From: Hemiscyllium ocellatum
Taxonomy: Eukaryota
Direction of reading: 5' to 3'
NCBI RefSeq assembly: GCF_020745735.1
Contig: NC_083409.1
Span: 18,000,341 to 18,064,340, forward strand
DNA: 64,000 bases
A program made the translations under genes and the position numbers. How positions within the stretch are numbered: the first letter of the stretch is position 1; each line of letters begins with the position of its first letter. Of this stretch, positions 1 through 10,949 are shown piece by piece. The notes below the pieces were generated by a model. The model had not been told where the DNA came from, searched no databases, and was given only the letters and a program-made list of their open reading frames with translations.

Positions 1-479
1 GTTCTAGATTTCCACCACTCTTTGTCAGGAAGAGTTCCTCCTGAAATCTTTCCCAATTCTAATTTTATCCATCCTCTTGTTCTGGATTCGGACATTGGAG
101 AAAACAGCTTACATCAACACCATTCTTCATTCCCAGGGAAAAGCCTCGCTTTTCCAACCTGTTCTCTCTCATGAACAGTTTCTGATCTGAAGGTGACATC
201 ACAGGCTGGATACTGAGAGGGTGGATCCTGTTATAGGGCAGACGAGAACTGGGGGCCGGTTTAACACAAACCAGTGTTTAACACAAATTTTGAGTGGGAG
301 CAGCGGCTGAGTAAAAGCGAACCCGGAAGACTACAGCTAAGGTAAGACAGTTTGTTTTAAAATTACTTACCTGTAGCGGGCAGCGGTGTTTTTTTTCTCT
401 ATCTTCACAGAAATAGCGGGTGCAGCAGGGGAAGTGACGGCTACCAGAGGGGCAGCCAGGAAGGAAAGCAGTGAGTTGT

Positions 480-694
480 CCCTGTTCCCTGGGACACAGA
501 CCGAGACAAACATCAACTGTGCCTGGAGGAACAACAACTCGGTGAAGGACCTGTGGATCTTCCAGCTGAAGGAGTTGACCCCGACTGAGTGCTGTAGACT
601 GGCACATTCCACGGTCCAGCACTACGTGATGAGGAACGGGCTGAAGCTTGGCGTATCTGCTGCCAAGGTGCGGTGGGGAAAGGCTACCGTGTAA
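480..694 (+). mobile_element. 3' fragment of a Tx1/L1-clade LINE ORF2 (C-terminus)
   Basis: ORF 386..694 ends LFPGTQTETNINCAWR...TECCRLAHSTVQHYVMRNGLKLGVSAAKVRWGKATV*, which resembles the ORF2 C-terminus of fish and shark Tx1-like LINEs. Recognised from memory; no search was run. Confidence 0.6.
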
Positions 695-794
695 TGTCTG
701 CCTGCCTAAGAACAGGGGGCCCACGCAGTCATTTGGGCTCTGCTTATCCCCCCAGCTAAATATGTGGATAGTAATTGTACAGACCTGTATATAG

Positions 795-2020
795 CTGAAA
801 ATGTGTAGCTGGAAAAGTGCAGCAGGTCAGGCAGCATCCAAGGAGCAGGAGAATCCACGTTTCGGGCATGAGCCCTTTTTCAGGAATGAGGAAAGTGTGT
901 CCAGCAGGCTAAGATAAAAGGTAGAGAGGAGGGACTTGGGGGAGGGGCATTGGAAATGCGATAGGTGGAAGGAGGTCAAGGTGAGGGTGATAGGCTGGAG
1001 TGGGGGTGGGGGCGGAGAGGTCAGGAAGAAGATTGCAGGTTAGGAAGGCGGTGCTGAGTTCGAGGGAAGATGGGGGGAGGGGAAATGAGGAAACTGGAGA
1101 AATCTGAGTTCATCCCTTGTGGTTGGAGGGTTTCTAAGCGGAAGATGAGGCGCTCTTCCTCCAACCGTCGTGTTGCTATGGTCTGGCGATGGAGGAGTCC
1201 AAGGACCTGCATGTCCTTGGTGGAGTGGGAGGGGGAGTTGAAGTGTTGAGCCACGGGGTGGTTGGGTTGGTTGATCCGGGTGTCCCAGAGGTGTTCTCTG
1301 AAACATTCTGCAAGTAGGTGGCCTTTCTCCCCAATATAGAGGAGGCCACATTGGGTGCAGCAGATGCAATAAATGATGTGTGTGGAGGTGCAGGCGGATA
1401 TAGAAGGATCCCTTGGGGCCTTGGAGGCAAGTAAGGGGAGAGGTGTGGGCACAAGTTTTGCATTTCTTGCGGTTGCAGGGGAAGGTGCCGGGAGTGGAGG
1501 TTGGGTTGGTGAGGGGTGTGGGCCTGACGAAGGAGTCACAGAGGGATTATTCTTTTTGGAACGCTGATAGGGGAGGGGAGGGAAATATATCCCTAGTGGT
1601 GGGGTCCATTTGGAGGTGGTGGAAATGACGGCGGATGATACGCTGTCTATGTACGTTGGTGAGGTGGTAAGTGAGGAACAGTGGGGTTCTGTCCTGGTGG
1701 TGTTTGGAGGGGCGGGGCTCAAGGGCGGAGGAGCAGGAAGTGGAGGGCATCGTCGATCACGTCTGGGGGGAAATTGCGGTCTTTGAAGAAGGAGGCCATC
1801 TGGGTTGTACGGTATTGGAACTGGTCCTCCTGGGAGCAGATGCGACGGAGACGAAGGAATTGGGAATATGGGATGGCGTTTTTACAGGGGGCAGGGCTGA
1901 AAATGTGTTGCTGGAAAAGCGCAGCAGGTCAGGCAGCATCCAAGGAGCAGGAGAATCGACGTTTTGGGCATGAGCACTTCTTCAGGAATGAGGAAAGTGT
2001 GTCCAGCAGGCTAAGACCGA
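795..2020 (-). mobile_element. 5'-truncated Penelope-like element with GIY-YIG endonuclease remnant, bounded by direct pseudo-LTR repeats
   Basis: ORF 1021..1722(-) contains HIIYCICCTQCGLLYIGE...FREHL...HPVAQHFNSPSH...RRLEEERLIFRL. Near-identical ~125-bp direct repeats lie at ~795-915 and ~1897-2015. Confidence 0.9.
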
Positions 2021-2266
2021 AAATGTGTTGCTATATATGAATGATTATTCTGTCCCTGTATGCAAAGAAATGGAATGTTTACGGATGTATGGCATGAACC
2101 AATTTGACAGATCATCAAAATATTTTATGAATAAAGTATATTTTTGGAATTTAAAAAGTGCCTTATTCACTATCTTTTCAACCTGTGATTCTAATTTCAA
2201 GGACCTACGAACCTGCATTTCAAGGTCTTTTTGTTCAGCAACACTCCCCAGTACCTCACCAGTAAG

Positions 2267-2597
2267 GGGTGACATGGTGGCTCAGTGATTAACACTGCTG
2301 CCTCACAGTGCCAGAGCCCTGGTTCAGTTCCAGACTCGGGTGACTGTCCATGTGGAATTTGTACATTCTCCATGTGTCTGTGTGGGTTACCTCCCATAAT
2401 CTAAAGATGTGCAGATTAGGTGAATTGGCCATGCTAAATTGCCCAAAGTTCAGGCATATGTACAATAGGTTCATTAGTCAGGGTTAAATGTAGAGGAACA
2501 GAATAGGAGGATGGGTTTGGATGGGTTACTCTTCAGAGGGTCTGTGTGGACTTGTTGGGCCAAATGGCCTGTTTCCATACTGTAGGAATTCCATGAT
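2267..2597 (+). mobile_element. HE1-like tRNA-derived V-SINE
   Basis: tRNA-like head (TGGTGGCTCAGTG...GGTTCAGTTCC), V-domain-like core (GATGTGCAGATTAGGTGAATTGGCCATGCTAAATTGCCC) and CR1/HER1-like 3' tail (GGGCCAAATGGCCTGTTTCCATACTGTAGG). Confidence 0.85.
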
Positions 2598-3454
2598 TAA
2601 ACTTTCCAAAATGCAGCATCTCACATTTATCTAAATTAAACTCCATCTGCCACTCATCGGCCCATTGTACACTGTGGTAACCCCCTTCACTGCCCACTAC
2701 ATCTCCAATTTGGTGTCATCCGCAAACTTACTAACTATACCTCCTATGTTCACATCCAAATCCTTATGTCAATGACAAAAATCAGTGGACCTAACACTGA
2801 CCCTTGTGGCACACCACTGATCACAGGCCTCCAGTCCAAAAGCAACCCTCCACCATCACTCTCTGTCTTCTACCTGCAAGCCATTTATATATCCAAGTAG
2901 CTAGTTCTCCCTGTATTCCATGTGATCAAACCTTGCAAACCAATCCACCACAAGTAAACGTGTTGAATGCCTCACTGAAGTCCATACAGATCACATCCAC
3001 TGCTCTGACATCATCAATCGTCTTCGTTATTTCTTTAAAATCTCAATCAGGTTAGTGAATCATGATTTCCCAGGTACAAAGCCATGTTGACTATCCTGAA
3101 ACAGTCCTTGTCTTTCCAAATGCATGTAAATCCTGCCCCTCAGGATTCTCTCCAATAATTTGCCCACTATTCATGTCAGGCTCACCGGTTCCTGGCTTTC
3201 CCTTACTACATTAGCTAAACTCCAGTCTTCCAGCACCTCATGTGTGACCATCAATGATATAAATATTTCAGCAAGTGGCCCAGCAATCACTTCCCCAGCT
3301 TCCCACAGAGTTCTGGGGTGCACCTGATCAGGTCCCAGTGATTTATCTACTTTTATGCATTTTAAGACATACTGCACTTCCAATGTTTGTGAGAAGATTT
3401 GTAGCTCGGGTGCTCGTTGTTGTGGTTCTGTTTGCCGAGCTGGGAGTTTTTGTT

Positions 3455-3494
3455 GCAAACGTTTCATCCCCTTTCTAGGTGACATCCTCAGTGC
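3455..3494 (-). ncRNA. Minimal type I hammerhead ribozyme motif (mirror copy)
   Basis: The reverse complement reads gca-CTGAGGA-T-GTCACC-TAGAAA-GGGGAT-GAAA-CGTT-tgc, differing from the plus copy by one G.U wobble closing stem II. Confidence 0.7.
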
Positions 3495-3752
3495 TTGGGA
3501 GCCTCCTGTGAAGCGCTTCTGTGCTGATTCCTCTGGCATTTATAATGGTTTGTCTCTGCCGCTTCCGGTTGTCAGTTGCTGTCCGCTGCAGCGACCGGTA
3601 TATAGGGTCTACGTCTATCAACAGACACATCGACCTAGAACCTATATACCGGCCACTGCAGCGGACAACAACTGACGACCGGAAACGGCAGAGACAAACC
3701 ACTATAAATGCCGGAGGAATCAGCACAGAAGCGCTTCACAGGAGGCTCCCAA

Positions 3753-3792
3753 GCACTGAGGATGTCACCTAGAAAGGGGACGAAACGTTTGC
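3753..3792 (+). ncRNA. Minimal type I hammerhead ribozyme motif
   Basis: gca-CTGAGGA-T-GTCACC-TAGAAA-GGGGAC-GAAA-CGTT-tgc: intact core, stem II, palindromic ACGT helix III, GUU cleavage triplet and a gca/tgc stem I. Confidence 0.75.
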
Positions 3793-4114
3793 AACAAAAA
3801 CTCCCAGCTCGGCGAACAGAACCACAATATACCTCACTTCCTCCTCTGTAATATGACATTTTTCAAGATGTCACCATCTATTTCCCCAAATTCTCTATCT
3901 GCTGTGTCTTTCTCCACAGTAAACACTGACGCAAAGTATTTGCCCAATCTCCTGCAGTTCTACACATGGGCTGCCTTGCTGATCGTTGAGGGGCCCTATT
4001 CTGTTAATTATTACTCTTTTGTCCTTAGTGCATTTATAAACTCCCTTTTGATTCATCTTAGCCCAATTAAGCAAAGCTATCTCATGTTACCTTTTTGCCA
4101 TCCTGATTTCCCTC

Positions 4115-5870
4115 TTAAAGAGGAGGAGTTAGCAATTCTGGAAAGCGTGAAAATATTTAAGTTCCCTTGGCCGGATGGAATTTATCCAAGGATTCTCTGG
4201 GAAGCCAGGGAGGAGATTTCCGAAGCATTGGCTTTGATCTTTATGTCATCATTGTTGACAGGAACAGTGCCAGAATACTGGAGGATAGCAAATGTAGTCC
4301 CCTTGTTCATGAGGGGGAGTAGAGACAACCCTAGTAATTATAGACCAGTGAGCCTTACTTCGGTTGTGGGTAAAGTGTTGCAAAAGGTTAGAAGAGATAG
4401 AATTTATAATCATCTAGAAAGGAATAAGTTGATTAGGGATAGTCAACATGGTAGCTCCGGCCTCACAAACCTTATGGAGTTTGTTGAGAAGGTGACCAAA
4501 CAGGTACATGAGGGTAAAGTGGTTGATGTGATGCATATGCACTTCAGTAAGGCATTGGATAAGGTTCTCCACAAAATACCAAGGCATGGGATTAAGGGTA
4601 ATTTAGTGGTTTGGATCAGAAGTTGGCTAGCTGAAAGAAGACAGAGCGTGGTTTTTGATAGATAATGTTCATCCTGGAGTTCAGTTACCAGCGGTGTACT
4701 GCAAGCATCTCTTTTGAGGCCCACTGCTGTTTGCCATTTTTATAAATGACCTGAATGAGGGCATCGAAAGATGGGTTAGTAAATTTGCGGATGACACTGA
4801 GGTTTGTGGACTTGTGGATAGTGTTGAAGGATATTACAGGTTACACAGGGACACGGATAAGCTGCAGACCTGGGCTGAGAGGTAGCAAATGCAGATTTTA
4901 ATGCAGAAAAGTATGAGGTGATTCACTTTGGAAGGAGCAACAGGAATAAAGAGCACTGGGCTAATGGTAAGATTCTTAGTAGTGTAGATGAGCAGAGAGA
5001 TCTCGGTATTCATGTACACAGATTCTTGAAAGCTTGATAGGAGAAAGTGAGGACTGCAGATGCTGGAGATCAGAGCTGAAAATGTGTTGCTGGAAAAGCG
5101 AAGCAGGTCAAGCAGCATCCAAGGAGCAGGAGAATCGGCGTATCAGGCATGAGCCCGTCTTCATTCCTGAAACGTTGATTCGCCTGCTCCTTGGATGCTG
5201 CCTGACCTGCTGTGCTTTTCCAGCAACGCATTTTCAGCCCAGTTTGATAGGGTGGTTAAGAAGGCTTATGGTGGGTCAATTTTTATTGGTAGAGAGATGG
5301 GTTTAGGAGTCATGAGGTCATGCTGCAGCTGTACAAAACTCTGGTTTGGCCGCAATTGGAGTATTGCATACAGTTGTGGTCACCGCATTAAAAAAAGGAT
5401 GTGGAAACTTAAGGGTTCAAAGGAAGTATACTAGGATGTTGCCTGGCATGGAGGGAAGGCCTTATGAGGGAAGGATGAGGGACTTGTGGCTGTTTTCATT
5501 CGAGAGAACAAGGTTGAGAGTTGTCTTAATTGAGACATACTAAGATAATCACAAGGTTAGATAGGGTGGATAGTGAGAGCATTTTTCCTCAGATGCTGAG
5601 GGGACATAGGTTTAAATTGAGGGGTGATAGATATAGGAGAGATGTCAGAAGTAGTTATTTACTCAGAGACTAGTAGGGGCATGGAATGCACAGCCTGCAA
5701 CAGGAGCAGACTCACCAACACTAAGGGCATTTAAATGGTCACGGGATAAACATATGGATGAAAATGGAATAGTATAGGATAGTTGGGCTTTAGATTGGTT
5801 CCACAGGTCGGTGCAACATCGAGGATTAAAGGGCCTGGATTGCGCTGTCATGGTCTATGTTCTATGTTCT
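4115..5870 (+). mobile_element. CR1 LINE RT and 3' end, degenerate
   Basis: ORF 3853..4665 contains GIYPRILWEAREEI...WRIANVVPLF..GSRDNPSNYRPVSLTSVVGKVL...DSQHG...VDVMHMHFSKALDKV. The element ends in a CTATGTTCTATGTTCT tail. Confidence 0.9.
5041..5240. mobile_element. PLE pseudo-LTR fold-back inserted in CR1
   Basis: GCTGAAAATGTGTTGCTGGAAAAGC... at ~5074-5140 and its reverse complement at ~5175-5239. Confidence 0.8.
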
Positions 5871-7829
5871 GTGTTCCAGATATGACATTGCTCACCACCG
5901 CCCTCTCCAGGACAATTAGTGAAGGACAACAAATAGCAGACAAATCGAAGCTTGCCCCATCCCAGGAGAAATCAAAATAAATGATGTACAATTCAAATGA
6001 TTAACCTGGTGAGGCTTGAACTCATCTCTTTGAAAGACTGGAGCCTCCGCCATGACATGGGTGAGCCTGCATTTTTAAATTGCAAGGTGGAGTCCCCTAC
6101 GGATCAGGCACAAAATGAATTACACAAAGACCGAACAAACGGCTACCAAAGTGTGTCACCCAACTGCAGTAAACAGCAATTTGTCAGGAAGAACTCAAGA
6201 GAAAGCCATTAGTGGGTGTAAGAGGGTAAGACAGACAAGTGTCAGATGTCATTGAATGCACCATAAATGCACTAAAGCTGTTGGGATAGAGCAGGGCAAT
6301 GGGATTAATTGAATTTTTCTATTGAGAGCTTTCCTGGTTCTAATGACTCAGAACGTTAAAGGATGAAGTGTAGCTCATATTGTAAACAATGTACTGCAGT
6401 GGGCAAGAAAGGATGTTGAGCAACATAAATGCTTAAAATTGGGAAAGAAAGTCCTATAAAAGAAATGGGAAAGGCCAATGGGACTTTGGAATGAATATTG
6501 AGAGTGAGGAGATGGAGGGGAGAGTGGCCAGGACAGCTGGACTGAAGAATGGTTAGGTCACAGCTGGAATATGGTGGATAGTTATGGGCTTCTTTGAGGG
6601 GCATTGCAGAATGGGACAGGGATAGGGGATCTAGGTTACAAGGAAATGCCATAACAGGATCTCGAGGAGAGAGGGAGGGTATTCTGATAACAAAATTTCT
6701 TTATGAAATCAACACAGTCAATGTAGATTTACTGTCAATACCAACAAACAAAAAGGCGAAATGACACATTCTCCGGTCATTCACCAAGTCCAGGAAGGTG
6801 ATCAGGAAAACTATTTTGATGCAGCGATTGGAATTTAGTAAGTTCTGGTAAACTGGGTCCTCCATTCAAAATGGGACAGAATTACTTCTTGGAATTTGAA
6901 CTGGTCTGAAGCAAAAGAGCAAATTATGACCAAATGGTCATTTGAGAATATTGAACTGGCCTGAAAATGTCCAGTTTTTGGAAGCTTTCCACTTTGCCCT
7001 CATCAGGACAGTTGTAAAAGTACCAATCAAAGGAGAAAAACATGACATTTATATTGCAAGTGAGGAAAGTGCTGACAGACTGAGGTGTTGTCACTATGAA
7101 CACGCCAGTTTAAATATTGTTTCCCTTTGCTGTGACATTTCTTGTAAATTGTCCTGATGTATGCAAGACAAAAAGCTTCAACATAATGTTTTGTTTTTTG
7201 CAACATTCAAATGAGGATCAGTTTGGAGAGAAAGAATGAAGATGGAAATGAACATGAAAATTGGTCTAAATTCAGCAGAGACCAGGATAGCTTCAGCTTG
7301 AACTTAATACAGGAATTACCAGGTGAAATTTAATCACTGGAATGATTTAACCACCTTCCACCAGTTTGATTGTTTGAATTGTCCATCAGTTATTTTGATT
7401 ACTCCCGGGATGGGGAGGACATTGATATGTCTGCTGTTTATTGCCCTTCCCTAACTATCCTGGAGAGGGCGATGGTTAGCTCTCTCCTGAAGGCACTATC
7501 TCTACCTGGGAAAGGTCTCTAGCCTCCCCAGATGGTCTCATTCCTCCAAGTGTGGGCTGGGATGGGGAAGCAAGGCAGGCTGTTGGACCGGGAGGTGTCA
7601 GCCTGTTCTCAGTGGGGAGCACTCTCCCCTCAGACTCACAATGTTGCAGACTGGGTGGATGAGCCATTGGGAAATGCAGGGTTACAGGCATAGTATAGTG
7701 GTTTGGATCTAGATGGGATGCTCCTTGGAGGACTGGTGTGAACTTATTGGGGTAAATGGCCTGCTTCGATATGGTAGAGATTCCATCTTTACATGATTCT
7801 ATCACTGAAGAAACTTATCCAGGCTGAGA

Positions 7830-8340
7830 GTGCAGTGCAGCACTGAGGAATGCAGCACTGTCAGAGGGCCAGTACAGAGGGAGTGCTGCACTGTCAGAGA
7901 GCCAGTACTGAGGGAGTGCTGCACTGTCAGAGGGTCAGTATTGAGGGAGTACTGCACTAATGTTGGGTCAGTACTGAGGGAGTGCTGCACTGTCAGAGGG
8001 TGAGTACTGAGGGAGTGTTGCACTGTCAGAGGGCCAGTACTGAGGGACTGCCACACTGTCAGAGGGTCAGTACTGAGGGAGTGTTGCACTAACGGTGGGT
8101 CAGTGCTGAGGGAGTGCTGCACTGTTACAGAGTGAGTACTGAGGGAGTGCTGCACTGTCAGAGGGTGAGTACTGAGGGAGTGCTGCACTGCCAGAGGGTT
8201 CGTACTGAGGGAATGCCACACTGTCAGAATGTCAATACTGTGGGAGTGCCATCCTGTCAGATAGTTCATGCTGAGGGAATGCTGCACTGCTGTTGAGTCA
8301 ATACTGAGGGAGTGCAACACTGTCAGAGGTTCAGTGCTCA
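7830..8340. repeat. 33-bp minisatellite, about 15 units
   Basis: Unit ACTGAGGGAGTGCTGCACTGTCAGAGGGTCAGT, mirrored by the 11-aa periodicity (VQHSLSTDPLT) of spurious ORF 7802..8320. Confidence 0.95.
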
Positions 8341-8455
8341 GAGACTATCTTTCAGATGGGTTGTTCTGATGTCTGCCCTCTCACGGGACAGTAGAAGATG
8401 CCATGACGCTATGAGAAGAGCAGAGCAGATCCCCAGGGTGTCCTGGTCAATATTT
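8290..8455 (+). mobile_element. Deu-domain SINE fragment (SacSINE1/AmnSINE-like)
   Basis: TCTTTCAGATG...GTCTGCCCTCTCA...AAGATGCCATG...GAAGAGCAG...GTGTCCTGGTCAATATTT resembles the Deu core. Recognised from memory. Confidence 0.55.
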
Positions 8456-8629
8456 TAAAAATATATCTTTTAAAAAATATCTGGATGAGCTCCTGAAATA
8501 TCCGAACATTCAATGCTTTGGGCCCAGTTCAGGAAAGTGGATGGAGAGTAGATTTAGTTATGCCTTGGTGGGACAGACATGATCAGATGAGGGACCTCTT
8601 CTACACTATATGATTCTCTGATTCTGTGA

Positions 8630-8772
8630 AACCTCTGACTGATGACCACGTACTGTCCTCCCTCGGCTGATGAGTCAGTCTCTCCTCCATGTTGAACAGC
8701 ACTTGGAGGAAGCTCTCTGAGGGTGGTGAGGGCACAGGATGTACTCTGGGTGGGGGACTTCAATGTCCACAT
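8630..8772 (+). mobile_element. LINE AP-endonuclease fragment
   Basis: Degenerate PPSADESVLLHVEQHLEEAL...VLWVGDFNVH motif. The same family occurs at ~39030-39560 and ~62720-63240. Confidence 0.7.
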
Positions 8773-8794
8773 TCAAAAAGGAATTTAAAAAACA

Positions 8795-9583
8795 TCGGGT
8801 TTGTTGGGTATTGGATACAAATGTTCAAAATGATACTTTTGCCAGTCCAATGCTCATTTCTCTTGTGCCCTCACCCATGTGGCCCTGTCCTCTCCCCTCA
8901 GCAAGAGCATCAGGAGATCAGGATGTGTGTAGAGTGTGTGAGACAGTCCACAGAGGAAACACAACTTTAAATAGAACAGGGCTGAGCTGGCAGGACAAAG
9001 GTCATTGTCAGCACTGAATTTCAACTCTCTTTCTTCTTGAGACTGGCCTCTGGGAGACTCTGAGGTTCAGGGGTTAAGGCAGGTTACTGTGACACTGTTG
9101 AGAACCCAGTGCTGTCCCTGTCCTGGGAGTATTGACGAGGACAGTGTGGAGACAGCTTTATTCTGTTTCTTTTCTTGTCCCTGTCCTGGATGTCTTTGGT
9201 GGGAACAGTATGGAAAGAGCTTTACTCTGTATCTAAGAATATTCTGTTCCTGTCCAGGAGACTTAACCTTTCAAAGATATTGAAAACTGTGAGCTGTAGA
9301 AAAACAATGTGAACCTCAGAAGTCTCTGCTTCAGTAAACCAGATCTCCTTCCTGCTCAGCCACCAGTTCCACCTGAAGGTTTTGTCACAGTTTAAAGGGC
9401 AAGATTATCATGTAATTGAGAAAATCTCCACAAGTGTTTTCCTCAAGCTCCATTGTGGCTGTGAATTTGAGCAGCTTCCTCTGTCTGGGCTGTTAATTGC
9501 TGACTGTTTTCTGTCAATGTCAATCTGGAAAAGGGAATAAAGATGAAGAAGATTCAGTCTCTGTCTCTGTGTGCTTTGGAAAT
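8795..9583 (+). pseudogene. IGKC: Orphan inverted Ig kappa constant-region fragment (intron stub, last 28 codons plus stop, and 3' UTR)
   Basis: 8846-8932 reads SNAHFSCALTHVALSSPLSKSIRRSGCV*, versus SDARFSCALTHVTLPSPLSKSIRRSECV* in the intact C. 8933-9583 aligns to the reverse complement of ~22615-23183, and 8795-8846 aligns to intron ~23578-23630. Confidence 0.92.
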
Positions 9584-10019
9584 GGCCCGAGCTGAAGCCT
9601 AAGGGAAAGGGTGTGTGAAGTGTTAACCTTCACCCTCAAGGCACGGAACACGAGGGGGAGAATAGAGAAAGCAATGGGGTCCTGGGAGCAGGAGGGCAAT
9701 ACTACATTAGGGACAGAAGGGCACTTTCAGCACGAATGCAGGTCTCTGAGAAAGTCTTCCCCAATAAATGGGGAAAAGACGAAAGGTATGTTGGCTTCGG
9801 AAAGATTGAAGAATGATGCTGAGAGTAAGCTGAACTCAGACTGTAGATGGGAAAGGTCCAACCCAGAGTAGGGAGGGTACATTTCACTCCATAACCCTCC
9901 ATCCACAATGGTGGTGCTCTGAAGGGGCAGTACCCATCCTGAATACCTGTGCCTGATGGTGTACGGTGAATGGAGAAGAGCCTGTGAGTGGGGAACAGGG
10001 AACATATCGAATTGCATAT

Positions 10020-10026
<7 letters not shown>

Positions 10027-10058
<32 letters not shown>
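10027..10058. repeat. (AT)16 microsatellite
   Basis: Direct reading of the sequence. Confidence 0.98.
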
Positions 10059-10060
<2 letters not shown>

Positions 10061-10089
10061 TTATATCTCACACACAGATGCATCCATCA

Positions 10090-10600
10090 AAAACACTCGG
10101 ATAAGCCCCCTCCAGAGGAGAGCGAACTGAAGAGTTTCATGGGGGGATTCTGTGATGGGAGGGTTATCAAAACCCTGGAGTGTAAGGGTGGGCTCTCTGC
10201 CAGTCTATCCGAACATAATAGAGTGAGCTCACTCAGGGAGTGTTCAGAGAAGATTGGCTCATTGCTGATGGAGTGGCAGTGGGTCTTTACCCAGTTGGTC
10301 ATTTCGTATGTGCCCTGGTCCATATTGGGGCAGGGAGGACTGAGGACCAGGACAAGTTCACCTTTACATTTAAAGACCAATAATATTGGTGGATCTGTCT
10401 GCCCCAAGGGCTCCCCAATAGTCCCTCCGTCTTCCAGCAGAGCATGGCACAGGGCTGTGAGAGTTCAGGTCAGCTCCCCCAAACAGTTTGGACAGTGTGT
10501 GGCTGACTTGCTGCTGTTTGTGGGAACTGAGGAGGAGGACTTGTCCCTTTGGGATGACAGAATCCCAGGAGTTGCTCGGAGGGATCCAGATGTTGATCCC
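10090..10600 (+). mobile_element. Degenerate endogenous-retrovirus-type reverse transcriptase relic
   Basis: Motifs occur in the expected order across frameshifts: QLVISYVPWSIL (LDISNGFWSIP-like), QDKFTFTFKDQ*YWWICLPQGLPNSPSVFQQ, and QCVADLLL..TEEEDL (QYVDDLLL-like). Confidence 0.65.
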
Positions 10601-10949
10601 TTCCCTGGAACAGCAGGTGAAAAGCTGCTGCATTGCTCGGGCTCCTTGATGCCACACCATCAAAGAAGCCTTGATGTCAAGTGCTGTCACTCTGCCCTCA
10701 CCTCACTCGCATGGTCAGGGAGGACTCAGTCCACTGACTCACATTTATCGGAATGAATTCCACTTGTTACTGATCAGCCCATCTGACCCTCCCAGCCCTC
10801 ATGTCGTCTTGTACTGCTTTGGGACTCTCCCATTCGTGAAGGTCAATAAATGGAAAGCACTAAAACTTTAATTCAGATACTGAAGACAATTACTGGATTA
10901 ATAGAGGGATGGGTATCTTCCATTTGTAAGTGGGATCTACATTTCTTAA

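Larger units (their letters stand above)
3382..3834. mobile_element. Fold-back (palindromic) Penelope pseudo-LTR insertion
   Basis: Arms ~3420-3612 and ~3635-3828 are near-perfect reverse complements. CACTTCC flanks the insert at 3375-3381 and 3835-3841. Related sequence occurs at the 3' end of the PLE at 11265-11460. Confidence 0.85.
2140..4110 (-). mobile_element. CR1 LINE RT fragment, interrupted by an HE1 SINE and a PLE palindrome
   Basis: The minus strand encodes degenerate CR1 RT (KVDKSLGPDQVHPRTLWEAGEVIAGPLAEIF, ORF 3171..3539). CR1 sequence resumes on both sides of each insertion. Confidence 0.8.

Noticed and set aside
2267-2340. tRNA gene-like A/B boxes here and at 24900-24975
   Set aside because: They are SINE heads continuing into SINE bodies, with no complete cloverleaf.
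7802-8320. 172-aa ORF with 11-aa repeats, and a CRISPR-like or cryptic-RSS reading of the array
   Set aside because: It is the translation of a 33-bp head-to-tail minisatellite. There are no unique spacers, no cas genes and no nonamers.
9956-10756. 266-aa ORF as a host gene
   Set aside because: It starts across an (AT)n tract, and its meaningful motifs are frameshifted pieces of a retroviral RT.
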